Assembly: GCA_002633005.1 (NCBI GenBank)
Contig: NMRA01000015.1
Span: forward strand, 1,043,933 to 1,107,932
Length of the DNA stretch: 64,000 bases
DNA from: Phoronis australis
Taxonomy: Eukaryota > Animalia > Phoronida
Direction of reading: 5' to 3'
Numbering within the stretch: the first letter of the stretch is position 1; every line of letters starts with the position of its first letter. The position numbers and the translations under genes are program-made. Under the pieces are notes generated by a model. It did not search any database and had not been told where the DNA came from. It was given only the letters and a program-made list of their open reading frames with translations. Shown piece by piece: positions 11,693 to 25,159 of the stretch.

Positions 11693-14600
11693 TCAATTCC
11701 TGAAGACGGCCAAGTTGACAGGACTGTTTCTGTTAGCTGCTTCAGGCTCTTCTGGCACACCAGACAATACGTCACCAGTGACAGAAGCTAGTTCCTGCAA
11801 GTGGAAAGTTCAAATATACCTGGTGTACGAGCAGCCAACTGTGATACATGTGTACAGATGCTGGCTTTCTGTTTACAAAAACAATATAAAACCATTTTTT
11901 TTAAATTTTGTACACAGCAAATTCTGTTTTACTATTTCAAAATAATAAAAAACATAAACAGTAAAAATTCTTTTAACAATTTGGAACAAAAGTAATTGCT
12001 AGTTTTGGTTCCTTACAACATTGGGTGCAAATCCTTAAAATTTTGCCAAATTTGGAGACAGCTGTTCCGTACAAAACATGCTAAATAAGTAAATTTTCTT
12101 GGTAAGTTATTCATGTTGAGAATTTTGATGAAACGGATTTCATTTGTCTGCCACATTGTGTTCCAAACTAAAGAATTTTATCAGCTTTTTGCTGAAATTT
12201 AAACCATAAGAAAAATATTTTGTCTTTAGTGAAACACCGATTTCAAGTTTAAAGTGAGAAATTGTGCCAAGCGAATCGGTGTCTCAGCATTTGAGAGGGA
12301 TGAAGGGGACCGCATAACACTTCATGTATGTAAAATTCACAGATCTGATCATGACCACTTGTTTTTTACGTTTCACAACAGCGTAAAAATACAGAATCAC
12401 ATCCTCGGTGAGCTTTAAGTCATGGTTCGTGAATATGTAAACGCCAGTTTTACACAGAGTACACTGTCTTTGAATTCCCTGCACAGTGTATTTGGAGTTG
12501 AACGATGTGTTTTATATTAAGAAAGGAAATAAAACAAAGTATCTGCTTACTCTATTGTGGTCACCATGCATGGGTTGTGACCTCATTGCATACGAGGATC
12601 CAGGTCGTGAGAAGTGGGCATAGTCACCCATTTGAAGTGACGGGTCTTGAACATGTACCTAAGACACAAAGAAACGTAAAATAATGTATACACACACACA
12701 CACAGTAAACCTTGCACAGTTCACATGCATAAGTTGGATTTTCACTGAAGTTCTGCAATGCAGATACTCTAGTTCACAGAACTGAACCTTCAGATGAGCC
12801 AGATTTCACTTTGGATGAACTTAGGGTGGATCTGACCCCAATGAGCTTTACTGTTATTGCATGACTATCACCCAACCCTTCAGCAGTTATTAACATATTA
12901 ATACTGGTATACAAAGCTGAATAACATTGAGATATACCGGTATGAGCAGGACAGGAATTAAGGTTATCTCCAACCTTATTTAGTGGACTACATTCTAACT
13001 CGTATATCAAAAAAAACTAAGCTTTGTCAACTAGTAAAAATATATATTTTCTGATAGAACAAAGACCAGGAAATATAAATATACTTTTTATATTTATGTT
13101 CCATTATCATTTTTAAGTTAAAACCTTTTTTAAGTCAAAATTTCATTTTTAAGAATGGTACATTCATAGCAAAATAACCCCTTGGTTGATCTTAATGAAA
13201 CCTTTTTTAAGTGAAAACTTCACCAGTTACCTCAAAAACACTTCAGAATTTTCGATTAGCCTGTTCGTTTGGTTTCTATGACAAATCAACTTGTAAAACG
13301 TAAGGTATTTTTGTAGAAAAATCGAAGTCGTGTTCATCTTTGTCACATTACGCAAAAACTAGGACTTTCTATCAAAAATCCTATTAAACAGCCTTTTTGA
13401 GATTGATGACTAAATATTAAGTTTAGAAAGTTTCAGCGAAATCCATCAAGCCGTTTTCGAGAACTAGTGTTCCTAAGTTCAAAGAAAGTCGATTTGCTGA
13501 AGCCGAGAAAAAGCCGATTAAACTGGGACAAGTGAAAATCTCAAAGTCTTTGGTTAATTATTCTGTCACAGTGAAAACTTGTTTTCGGTACACATAACCT
13601 ATACAATCCTTAACTATGGTAGCTATTTCAATGTTCACTCACAATGTCAACTGATTTTGCAGTGCGTAAATAACTTAATTATCATTAAATCTCAAACACA
13701 CGTATCTTTCCCAGCCAACTTTCACTGTTATTTACGACCTACTTTATAAGTAGGTCACAGTTCATAGCCTGTACACGTCACGTGCTAGAAGACTGATACG
13801 AAACCAAGGAACAAATGGTTTACAAAAATCGAATCAGTGGTTAAAGTATGTCGTTAGCATGAGATCGAAACATACAAATGTCAACTTATTAATTGAATTA
13901 AGGAATTAGAGTGAGGATTTATCTCTTTTCACAACTTTCTGTGGTCATGACCACAGAGGCCTGAGGTGACTCATAGGCGACTCGTTTTCAATGCCAACAA
14001 TCGTACATGTATGTATGTAGACGCACAACTCCTTTAGGATCAAAACTACGTTTTGACTTTGTTTTCACCGGCGCAATTCTATCATAAGTACACCTCGTTG
14101 GCTCAATGTTATGGAGACTGTGAATGAAAGGACTGAGGGTATACGAATCTGTTCTGTACCTGGTGGTAGATTTGATTTAATTGAAAGCCCATTAACCTTT
14201 GACCTTGGATAAGTAGTAAACAAATATCCACGCGGTTGTGCAGTTCCAAGATGGTTCTGCTAAATCTTTCTTTTCTCGCTACGCGATATATATTTTGTAT
14301 TTTGAAGTTCCCCGAGAATGAAGAAAAGGTATTTTGCTAGACACAAGTGAAATATCGTAAAAACGGCCAATTTTTGTGAATAAGGTTGGAGATATCCTTA
14401 ATCAGAGGCTGTAATTTAAAAACTGGTGCTGCTTTTCTAAATCCAGTGGCTGTATTGTAAAAACTACAGCCAGACATCGAATCCTGTTTTGAAAACACTT
14501 TATAGTTGACCTCTGAACACAATTGTCAAATTCTATACACATTGAGATGAGAGGTCAGTTTCTGCGACTGGAACTCTTGCGACTAGCAGCCGCCTCTAGT

Positions 14601-17600
14601 GGTCCCTGTCTGGGTTATTACAGGGGGCATTTACCTCTGTCAATTATTACGGAGTGAGCGCTAAGCAAAGTACAGCTTACAAACTATTTCTTTGAAAAGT
14701 CAGATGAACCACCTACAGTGCAAGACAAAAGTAATGAGACAAATATCCTTCCCCCGTCATCACAGCTAATTCTGTTGAGAGCAAAAATGACCGGTAATAC
14801 CTTGTTTAGGGTGGCAAAATTCTCATAGCAGAAAGCCTTAACCACCTTACTAACTGTCCTGTTCATTCATCTTCATTCTCAGTCAGCAGGGGAGACTACT
14901 ACAACAATGAACGTGGCTTCCACCCATCTGTCGCGATGGGGAATTCCAGGTCATTGTGTCTTAATATTTTTGGCTTGAACTGTATTGTCAACTTGAACTA
15001 ACAGATTTACTCAACTAAATGAACTGTTAGTAACAGGTAAAAAAACGGCAAATTTACCTTTTGGACAATTTTCAGTTTAATAAGATCGTTCTTTGATGTT
15101 CTTGAGCAACCAGCAGCTGAAATAACAGGGTATACAAGTCACTTTTTCCAGATTTAATGTATTTTAATTTAAGCAATGGGTAACAACGATATGATGCTGC
15201 TTTTAAAGAGCAAAATACGGCTGTAAAAAGAATAAGCTTTTCACACCAGAGCATGGCTTATAGTACCTGTAAACCAAAGATCAATATAATTTAAACAGGT
15301 CATACTTTTGGTCAAATATTCAGTAACTAGTCTTACCTGCAAAAAATGACCAAATGGAATCTAACGCAGAAGCAAAATCAGCAGCTGTCCTGCAAAATGA
15401 GACAAGAGGAACTGAAACTGTTCTAGCAATACCGATGTGTTTTGGGAAAAGATGTAAGCAACGACATTTTTTGATAATGTAAGAGATGCCATTTTTAAAA
15501 GTCTCCACTATTATGCACTATTATGTACTATTATGCACTATTATGCACTATTCGAGCTTGGTTCTATTAATAATGTACAATACTAGTATCCATCCATAAA
15601 GAAACCGTTAAAACCAATTTTGAAACAGTTAGTCGCTGAACTGGACTTTTATCTGCTATTCCTACTAACTACATAAAACTTTGCAAGTGAGCCTAACAGA
15701 ATGTGATACTATCTGAGTTACTACATTGCTGTGCCTCAAGGCCCTTGGGACCGTATATCCGTACTAATGTCTTTTTTTGCGGCCGTTTTTTACTCAAAAG
15801 GTTTGCATATTGGTGCATGCGCTTAAGTTTCGCCTATATGCGCAGTTCCACGGAGACACCCATGGGCCAAATGGAGCGGCAATATGGTATAACCAAGGAT
15901 GTGCACCGTCAAACCAAGTCACGTAAAAATTTTCATAAGGGCAAGCTTTTGTGCAATGTGAGTGCCTGTATCCACAGCAGGGCCTGTACACCTACATGCA
16001 CCTATGCAAAACATAAGAGGGAAAAATTTTGGTTGAATAAGCGCATTATGTCAAATTTAGGCACATGTTGCTAAACAGGAGTATATATGATAAGGAATCA
16101 AAACATTTTAAAAGCCAAAATCAAAGAGCTAAAATAATAATCCTTGCTGCTACAATTGTGACTTAACTCTTTCACAATAGAGCTTCTTTAGAAATGCATT
16201 TCCCAGAGCCAATCAAATTTTTTAGGGGATTAGGAAAATAGGGTGTAATTCCTAATTGATTTCATAACTGTAACTGGACTAAGTCAGAACTTAGTTTTTT
16301 GGATGGTAGGCTGGTCTATGGTAGCTTTAAAGTGGAACTTGCACATTGATTCTTTATCTCTGTGATTGCTTCGTGAAGTTAGTTAGAAACGCAACATTTA
16401 GTGACGATGTAAATATGAAGTACGTTGAAAATTGTCAAATGTTTTTAACAGTTTTGGGTCACAAATGGTCCACTGTAAATCACTCAACTGTGTCCAGTAA
16501 GTATCGTGACCAGGTGTTGAGGAATAACACTGCATGAAGTGGGCTATGTGAGCCCCCAAGATACGCCATTAGTTCAAAGGTCACGTATGTGCAGAATTTT
16601 TTGTTTTCACATTTACAAGTTGTCAATGAATACAGCTGCAACTTGTTTAGCATAGATGATGTTCAAATAGCATTGTCGTTTTAGGTCCTGATATACTTTA
16701 GCATAGTTAGGAGCATGTAAATACAGATTTAATTCGTCTGTTCTCTAAATACAGGAGTCTATGCAGCAAAACATTTGTACAAAAAAATTCAGTTTATACT
16801 ATTACAAAATAATTTTTATAATTATCTTTAAGACTTTGCACATATAATTTACCTCCCCTGACTGTCTTTAAGTGACAAGTCAGGTTTGTATTCCATTAAC
16901 GTCATGATGACCTTGCCGTGACCTTGAAACGCTGCACAGTGTATTGCTGACCAGCCAGTGCCATTGTTTTGTAAGTTGATATTAGCTCTGCAACAAAAAT
17001 GAGCAGTTTGTATTCACAGTGGTAATTGGCATCTGATGTTTGAAGTTTTTATTATCATTGGTGAATCTAACAACTGAACAAGTAGGAAACCTAAAATAAA
17101 GTCAGAAATATGCCCTCAAAATTGCTTTCTGTCAGTTAATAATATAATCTTTGTGATTAGTGTCTTCCTGCCCAAGTGCTTTCTAAAAGGACTACAAATA
17201 AGGGCAATTCTTTTAAACAAGCATCATCGTACTGAAATTTCATCCATAATGAAAAGCTACTGCGATCATTTATCTGAGAGAGGTCAACGGAAAATCATCC
17301 ATTCTTTCCATTGCCACTTCTATAATCAATACTTCAAACACCGAATACTTACAAACCACATGTTACTTTATACCGAAAGTTATGCAGCCCAAAACCATTC
17401 AGACACAGAAATTGAACTTCCTAATGATTAATTTTGTTACAACTACATGTCCACTTTTCTGTGTGCTTTACAGATGAAGAGTTATAGTAATACTTAAGAC
17501 TGCATGCACAATGTCAATTTCAATCTGCAGGTTCAAGTAGCATAGAGTACTTGGTAATGTTTTTTGAGAGCTTGAGCAAATCAAAATATCAGCATTAAAC

Positions 17601-18619
17601 GGAATACTTCATCTACCACTGTGCACTTTGCCATGTTAAACAAACTATACAGTGTTCACTGCAGTTTACCCATTTTTGAGTAACTCCTTCACAATTTCTG
17701 CATATCCCCAGAATGCTGCTACACACAGAGCCGTCATTCCATCACGAGATTTCTCATTGCAGTCGGCGCCTTCCCTCACCAATGTTTGCACAGTCTGAAA
17801 ATCAACAAAGAATGAAAGTGCTATTAAGGAACAACACCACTGAAGTTAACAAAAACATTCATTGTAACAGTTAATTTTTTTAACACCGGTTAACAACTTA
17901 GTTTACTCAAGGTGAAATGTAGATTTTAATATCACAAATTTTGTGTCAGATTTTATTTGGCCAGTTTTTTACCAAGATGCAAAGATGTATATTCAGGATA
18001 CAACATTGCGCTGCGCCCCAAGGCTATGGCACCCCCTGTTAAAAATATCAAGTAAATGAATATTCGTGCAGTTTGCTGTTCTAGTCGACTATACAATTAT
18101 TTGTCACGACCTTATCAACAAGATATCAGAGTCCCATTCTCATACATTACCCGCTAATAGTCACTGTTTTTAATAGGAAACCCAGTGACTACTGTTCTTG
18201 TCAGTAAACCAATCCTTAACCCTTATCCTGCACTAGGCGAAGTCAGCCAATTATCCTAGGAACTGAAATAGGGACTGCTCGAAGAAAAAGTTTGATAACG
18301 CCATCAGATAACGGGAGTACTAGTATTTGTTCAAGTTGGAAGGAATTAAACACATCGACAACCTCGTAAGGTATTCCTCTAAGCGCAAAAGGTATTTATA
18401 ACAGCGTGACTTTGATGTTTTAGTCGGTGCGAGGCATAATTCGCCGAAAAGCTTCCGGCGTATGGAGCGCCTATAGGAGCTGCTGTTGGCCCGACCAGAG
18501 GCGATGGTCATTGCCAATGCCATGGCTATGTTCCACCGGGACAGGTTGCTTATTTCAGTTGTTCAGTAGCGAAGCCTTACCCGTAAATCTCCGTTTGCAG
18601 CAGCTGAAGTTAAAGCCAT
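11693..18619 (-). CDS. Ankyrin-repeat protein, 206 aa, 7 coding exons
   Basis: Exons 18619-18581 (MALTSAAANGDLR), 17794-17670 (TVQTLVREGADCNEKSRDGMTALCVAAFWGYAEIVKELLKNG), 16987-16853 (ANINLQNNGTGWSAIHCAAFQGHGKVIMTLMEYKPDLSLKDSQGR), 15389-15337, 15116-15058, 12658-12551 and 11794-11693 (stop). All junctions are GT-AG and phase-consistent, total 621 nt. About three ANK repeats are followed by a unique tail (FSRPGSSYAM). Confidence 0.88.
14337..14522 (-). mobile_element. Possible Penelope-like retroelement remnant
   Basis: Translation PVFKLQPLIKDISNLIHKNWPFL resembles the PLE linker P-L-V-x-x-Y-H-P-x-L-x-x-I-x-x-I-I-x-K-H-W-x-I-L between RT and GIY-YIG. Confidence 0.35.
15506..15552. repeat. 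(cactattatg)n microsatellite
   Basis: 10-bp unit, about 4.5 copies. Confidence 0.85.
16327..16725. mobile_element. ~390-bp MITE (TTAA-flanked, Kolobok-like), copy 1
   Basis: Begins ttaa|agtggaacttgca and is colinear over its length with 50156-50549. Confidence 0.7.
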
Positions 18620-19280
18620 AACAGATTTTTATTTTAGATAGGGCATTCCGTGTGAGAACAGACAGAAACTTTAACTTGAAAACGAAAACAACCGGTTGAC
18701 AAAGATTCACTGACAGTGGGTCGCCATGTTTTTAGTGCCTTCGCAGCGCCTCTGGCGTCCGACCTTTGCATCGCCCTGCTGTGTGTGTGGTGTGGTGTAC
18801 GTGAACTTGGAATTCCATGATAAAGCAAAGATCTTGAAACTGCCAAACCCGGTACGTGAACTTGGAATCTTGCGTGAACTTGGAATTAAGCGGCTGCCTG
18901 GCACACAATCACAGAACAAGGCGCTTGGGCTGAAATCGTTACTGAACCGGGCGGGCCACGGAGAGAAAAGATTTCTAAAAAATCGAGATCAAGCTCCCGT
19001 GGCCTGTTCATGAATGGTTAGTACCTAGAGACTGGAATAAAAAATCATTTAAGGACTGTATTGTTATTACATGTTCCCTCAGTCGGCACCGGGCATTCAA
19101 GGTCATAAGCCCTACGGCTGAGGTGGCCATTTGAATCGTACTGTCGGCGTTTCTTTGTTGCTGCCAAATAAAGCTTTGAAATTAGTGCCTGGTTGATGTT
19201 TGATGGTTGCAATACATTTTATATGCATTTTCTATTAATTTCGGAAGACATCTGGCCGAGTTTTTTCTACCTCGTAAATT

Positions 19281-20600
19281 TCAAGTTTAAGCAAGATACG
19301 CCCTTGCTTTAACTTGGAATAATTCAATTTCTGCCGCTTACAAAAGATCACATGGTAAACCAAACATTCGGTAACTGGTTGCAAGACATTTTAAATGCAT
19401 TTTCTATTAATTTTGGAACATATAATTCTGGGCACATTCGCAGTTTTTCTACCCAACTCCAAGTTTAAGAAAGGGCATGGCTCGCTTAAACTTGGAATAT
19501 TTCAATTTCTGCTTTACAAAAGCTCACGTCGTAAACCAAACATTCTCTTACTGGCTGCAATACATTTAAATGCTTTTTTCTATTACTTTTAGAGAGAGCA
19601 CTTCTGGGCGCATTCGCAGTTTTTTTTTCTATCTAATTCCAAGTATAAGCAAGCCACACTGGTTGCTTAAACTTGGAACAATTCAATTTCTTCTCTAAAA
19701 ATTTGCGATTTGAACCAAACCTTCTCTTAATGATTGCAATACAATTTAAAGTCAGTTTTTATTACTTTCGAAACACCTAATGAATGCATTCGCAGTTGTT
19801 TCCTACCCAACTCCAAGTTTAAGCAAGGGCGTGGCTCGCTTAAACTTGGAATAACTCAATTTCTGCTTCACAAAAACTCATGTGGTGAACCAAACATTCT
19901 CTGACTGGTTGCAATATATTTTTAAATGCTTTTTTCTATGGCCTTTAGAATACGTCTGAGCGCATTCGAAGTTTTTTAACTCCGTAAATTCCAAGTTTAA
20001 GCAAGATACGCTCTTGGTTTAACTTGAAATAATTCAACTTCTGCTTTACAAAAAATCACATGGTGAACCAAACATTCGGTAACTGGTTGCAAGACATTTT
20101 ATGTGCATTTTCTGTTAGTTTTGGAACACTTTTTAGCGCATTCGCAGTTATTTCTAAGCAAGGGCGTGGCTCGCTTAAACTTGAAATAATTCAGTTTCTG
20201 CCCTACAAAAATTACGTGGTTAACCAAACATTCTTTCACTGGTTGCAATATATTGTAAATGCATGTTCTATTACTTTTGAATTACCCCTGAATGCATTTC
20301 GTATTTTTTATACTCAATGCCGAGTTTAAGCAAGCCACACCCTTGCTTAAACTTGGAATAATTCAATTTCTTCTTTACAAAAAATCGTGTGGTGTAGCAA
20401 ATATTGTCTGAGCGGTAACAACATGTCATAAGTGCATTTTTTATTACGTTTGGAACACCTCTGAATGCATTCGCAATTGTTTTCTACCCAATTCCAAGTT
20501 TAAGCAAGCCACACCCTTGCTTAAACTTGGAATGGTTGTATATTAGCTTTACAAAGTCACATGGTGAACCAAACATTCTCTGGCTGGTTGCAATATCTTG
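19281..20600. repeat. ~177-bp satellite array with internal hairpin (about 8 units)
   Basis: ccaagtttaagc-(N13)-gcttaaacttgg recurs at ~19281, 19458, 19638, 19812, 19990, 20155 (partial), 20321 and 20493. Confidence 0.88.
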
Positions 20601-21790
20601 TAAGCACAACTTTTTTCTCATCTTAAGACTTTATTGAACACGTTAACAATTAATCTTATGAATTCCACGTTTCAGCACGCCATTCTGTTTTCGCTATACA
20701 AACCCTATATTGTGAAGTAGGCATTCTCTGTAAGATTACAAGACATTATGANAAAAAGTTGAGTTCACGATTTTGGGAACTGAAATAGGGACTGCTCGAA
20801 GAAAAAGTTTCATAACGGGAGTATTTGTTCGAGTTGGAAGGAATTAAACACATCGACAACCTCCTAAGGTGTTCCTCTATGCGCAAAAGGTATTTGTAAC
20901 AACGTGACTTTGATGGTTTAGTCGGTGCGAGGCATAATTCGCCGAAAAGCTTCCGGCGTACAGAGCGCCTATAGCCTCTACATCGCCTCTGCTTCGGGCC
21001 AACAGAGGCGATGGTCATTGCCTATGTTCCACCGTGACAGGTTGCTTATTTCAGTTGTTCATTTGCGAAGCCTTACCCGTAAATCTCCGTTTGCAGCAGC
21101 TGAAGTTAAAGCCATAACAGATTTTTATTTTAGATAGGGCATTCCGTGTGAGAACAGACAGAAACTTTAACTTGAAAACGAAAACAACCGGTTGACAAAG
21201 AGTCACTGACAGTGGGTCGCCATGTTTTTAGTGCCTTCGCAGCGCCTCTGGCGTCCGACCTCTGCATCGCCCTGCTGTGTGTGTGGTGTGGTGCACGTGA
21301 ACTCGGAATTCCATGATAAAGCAAAGATCTTGAAACTGCCAAACCCGGTACGTGAACTTGGAATCTTGCGTGAACCTGGAATCAAGCGGCTGCCTGGCAC
21401 ACAATCACAGAACAAGGCGCTTGGGCTGAAATCGTTACTGAACCGGTAGGCCGACGACGGAGAGAAAAGATTTCTAAAAAATCGAGATAAAGCTCCCGTG
21501 GCCTGTTCATGAATGGTTATTACCTAGAGACTGGAATAAAAAATCATTTAAGGACTGTATTGTTATTACATGTTCCCTCAGTCGGCACCGGGCATTCAAG
21601 GTCATAAGCCCTACGGCTGCGGTGGCCATTTGAATCGTACTGATTATTTCTACGGTGTTCAGTTGCTGCCTATTCCAATAAATAAATAAAGCTTTGAAAT
21701 TAGTGCCTGGTTGATGTTTGCAATACATTTTATATGCATTTTCTATTAATTTTGGAAGACTTCTGGCCGAGTTTTTTCTACCTCGTAAAT

Positions 21791-22770
21791 TCCAAGTTTA
21801 AGCAAGATACGCCCTTGCTTTAACTCAGTTGGAATAATTCAATTTCTGCTTTACAAAAGATCACATGGTAAACCAAACATTCGGTAACTGGTTGCAAGAC
21901 ATTTTAAATGCATTTTCTATTAATTTTGGAACGCTTCTGGGCACATTCGCAGTATTTCTACCCAACTCCAAGTTTAAGCAAGGGCGTGGCTCGCTTAAAC
22001 TTGGAATATTTCAATTTCTGCTTTACAAAAGCTCACGTGGTGAACCAAACATTCTCTGACTGGTTGCAATATATTTTAAATGCTTTTTTCTATGGCCTTT
22101 AGAATACGTCTGAGCGCATTCGCAGTTTTTTGACTCCGTAAATTCCAAGTTTAAGCAAGATACGCCCTTGGTTTAACTTGAAATAATTCAACTCCTGCTT
22201 TACAAAAAATAACATGGTGAACCAAACATTCGGTAACTGGTTGCAAGACATTTTAAGTGCATTTTCTGTTAGTTTTGGAACACTTTTTAGCGCATTCGCA
22301 GTTATTTCTACCCAATTCCAAGTTTAAGCAAGGGCGTGGCTCGCTTAAACTTGAAATAATTCAGTTTCTGCCTTACAAAAATCACGTGGTTAACCAAACA
22401 TTCTTTCACTGGTTGCAATATATTGTAAATGCATGTTCTATTACTTTTGAAATACCCCTGAATGCATTTCGTATTTTTTATACTCAATTCCGAGTTTAAG
22501 CAAGCCACACCCTTGCTTAAACTTGGAATAATTCAATTTCGTCTTTACAAAAAATCGTGTGGTGTAGCAAATATTCTCTGAGCGGTAACAACATGTCATA
22601 AGTGCATTTTTTATTACGTTTGGAACAACTCTGAATGCATTCGCAATTGTTTTCTACCCAATTCCAAGTTTAAGCAAGCCACGCCCTTGCTTAAATTTGG
22701 AATGATTGTATATTAGCTTTACAAAGTCATATGGTGAACCAAACATTCTCTGGCTGGTTGCAATATCTTG
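21791..22770. repeat. ~177-bp satellite array, second copy (6 units)
   Basis: Same hairpin unit at ~21791, 21967, 22144, 22317, 22490 and 22663. Confidence 0.88.
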
Positions 22771-22888
22771 TAAGCACAACTTTTTTCTCATCTTGAGACT
22801 TTATTGAACACGTTAACAATTTATCTTATGAATTCCACGTTTCAGCACGCCATTCTATTTTCGCTATACAAGCGTACCCTATGTTGTG

Positions 22889-24763
22889 AAGTAAGCATTC
22901 TCTGAAAGATTACAAGACATTATGAACAATTTTTTCTGTCCCTGTAAATTATCGGCGATTAATTTTTACCCAATGCCAAGTTTAAAAGATGACTGTAGTA
23001 AAAAATAATGCAGCAGTAAACCGGTTCTAACATACAAATAAAACTCACATTTGCCCGAGTTGAGCTCCAAACAAAAGCTGATTCACATTTTATTGTAAAA
23101 ACACTTATGCTGACAGCAATCTCTGATTGGCTGATATGTCAGTGGTTGATAGGGCATCGACAGTCACTGCTTATCATATATTTCTGCTCCATATTGCGGC
23201 GTTGAGTGGATAGAGTTTACATCGCGTTTTATCAATGTTTCACCGATTTTTATTATTTACTGTTTGCCAGTGTAGTAAAAAGTTCTCCATGCCTTTTTGT
23301 ATGGCACCTAGTTGTTCAAACTCTGCGAAAAAGGTATCGTCAAAGAGGGCGGACATAGGATACCATCCGTTGCCCTTGCCTTGGTACAAGCTGTATGCTA
23401 AAGTAATTCCCTTTAATAAGCAAATAAGTCAATGTCTTTTCAGTTTACAAAAAAGTAAGTGTTGAAGCAAGCTTTCTCTTGCAGATTACAATAAACTGTA
23501 AACACAATTCCTGTTCTTGAGACTACTCTAACACATTAGCAATCGTCGTCATCTACATAATTCCAAATTTAACCAGTACTTAAAACAGTATGGGGTTTCC
23601 CATTTTCAGTTTTATAAGAATTTCAATACCTTTAATGAGACACTTTCATAGACAAAAAAGAAATCCTCAAGTTGGGCCCATTCTTTTTGAAAAGTTCAGG
23701 GGGTCACAGAAAACAAGTTCACCAAGTTAGTGCAGGCGTACCGGAGTCTCTGGAGATGATGTAGGTTACAACGAAAATGGTGGATAGTTTTTAAAGATTT
23801 AAAAATAAGAATGTGACTTTGCTNGAAGTAAGCATTCTCTGAAAGATTACAAGACATTATGAACAATTTTTTCTGTCCCTGTAAATTATCGGCGATTAAT
23901 TTTTACCCAATGCCAAGTTTAAAAGATGACTGTAGTAAAAAATAATGCAGCAGTAAACCGGTTCTAACATACAAATAAAACTCACATTTGCCCGAGTTGA
24001 GCTCCAAACAAAAGCTGATTCACATTTTATTGTAAAAACACTTATGCTGACAGCAATCTCTGATTGGCTGATATGTCAGTGGTTGATAGGGCATCGACAG
24101 TCACTGCTTATCATATATTTCTGCTCCATATTGCGGCGTTGAGTGGATAGAGTTTACATCGCGTTTTATCAATGTTTCACCGATTTTTATTATTTACTGT
24201 TTGCCAGTGTAGTAAAAAGTTCTCCATGCCTTTTTGTATGGCACCTAGTTGTTCAAACTCTGCGAAAAAGGTATCGTCAAAGAGGGCGGACATAGGATAC
24301 CATCCGTTGCCCTTGCCTTGGTACAAGCTGTATGCTAAAGTAATTCCCTTTAATAAGCAAACTTGGAGTCAATGTCTTTTCAGTTTACAAAAAAGTAAGT
24401 GTTGAAGCAAGCTTTCTCTCGCAGATTACAATAAACTGTAAACACAATTCCTGTTCTTGAGACTACTCTAACACATTAGCAATCGTCTTCATCTACATAA
24501 TTCCAAATTTAACCAGTACTTAAAACAGTACGGGGTTTCACATTTTCAGTTTTATAAGAATTTCAATACCTTTAATGAGACACTTTCATAGACAAAAATG
24601 AAATCCTCGAGTTGGGCCCATTCTTTTTGGAAAGTTCAGGGGGTCACAGAAAACAAGTTCACCAAGTTAGTGCAGGTGTACCGGCGTCTCTGGAGATGAT
24701 GTATGTTACAACGAAAATGGTGGATAGTTTTTAAAGATTTAAAAATAAGAATGTGACTTTGCT
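22889..24763. repeat. Tandem near-identical duplication (22889-23823 vs 23825-24763) joined at a single N
   Basis: About 935 bp repeated with few differences. N at 23824 sits exactly at the junction. Confidence 0.92.
23289..23385 (+). pseudogene. THAP zinc-finger N-terminal remnant (transposon-derived); duplicated at 24226
   Basis: MPFCMAPSCSNSAKK...DIGYHPLP matches the THAP start M-x2-C-x4-C-x-N...(F/Y)H-x-(F/L)P, then degenerates. Confidence 0.55.
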
Positions 24764-25159
24764 TTAACAATATCTGCATGGACAGGTCTAAGTTTTTATT
24801 TTTTCCAACATACCACCAAATTACAATATAAAACATACTGTGTAAAGTTCACGCACAGCATCCCCGGGGCGTCGGTAAATGCACGTGCGGGGTCCGTTAA
24901 AGTTTCCTCAGCAGAACCGGGTGCAAATGCAGAAAAATTGCAAGAGTCATTTTCACAGTATTGAGTAGACTAAAAGTGGCCGTGCAGTGTAATAAAGAAC
25001 GCTTAGCGATGGTGATCGTTTCTTTTGACACGAAGCTAGCACACCCCGTGAATAAGGGGCCGGCCGGGGGTTCACTAATCCGCAGGCGTGTACTAAAAAT
25101 TGTTAAGAAACCGTTTGCGAGTGTCAGGTCTGTTAATTCCCAACGACCCCCTTGTTTTC

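Larger units (their letters stand above)
18258..22925. repeat. Tandem near-duplication (18258-20751 vs 20777-22925) joined at a single N
   Basis: The two segments are colinear with scattered substitutions and indels. N at 20752. The duplication includes a second copy of the ankyrin gene first coding exon (21115-21077) and its promoter. Confidence 0.9.

Noticed and set aside
19281-22770. Palindromic repeats at regular spacing as a CRISPR array
   Set aside because: The intervening sequences are homologous to each other, so this is a satellite rather than a repeat-spacer array.
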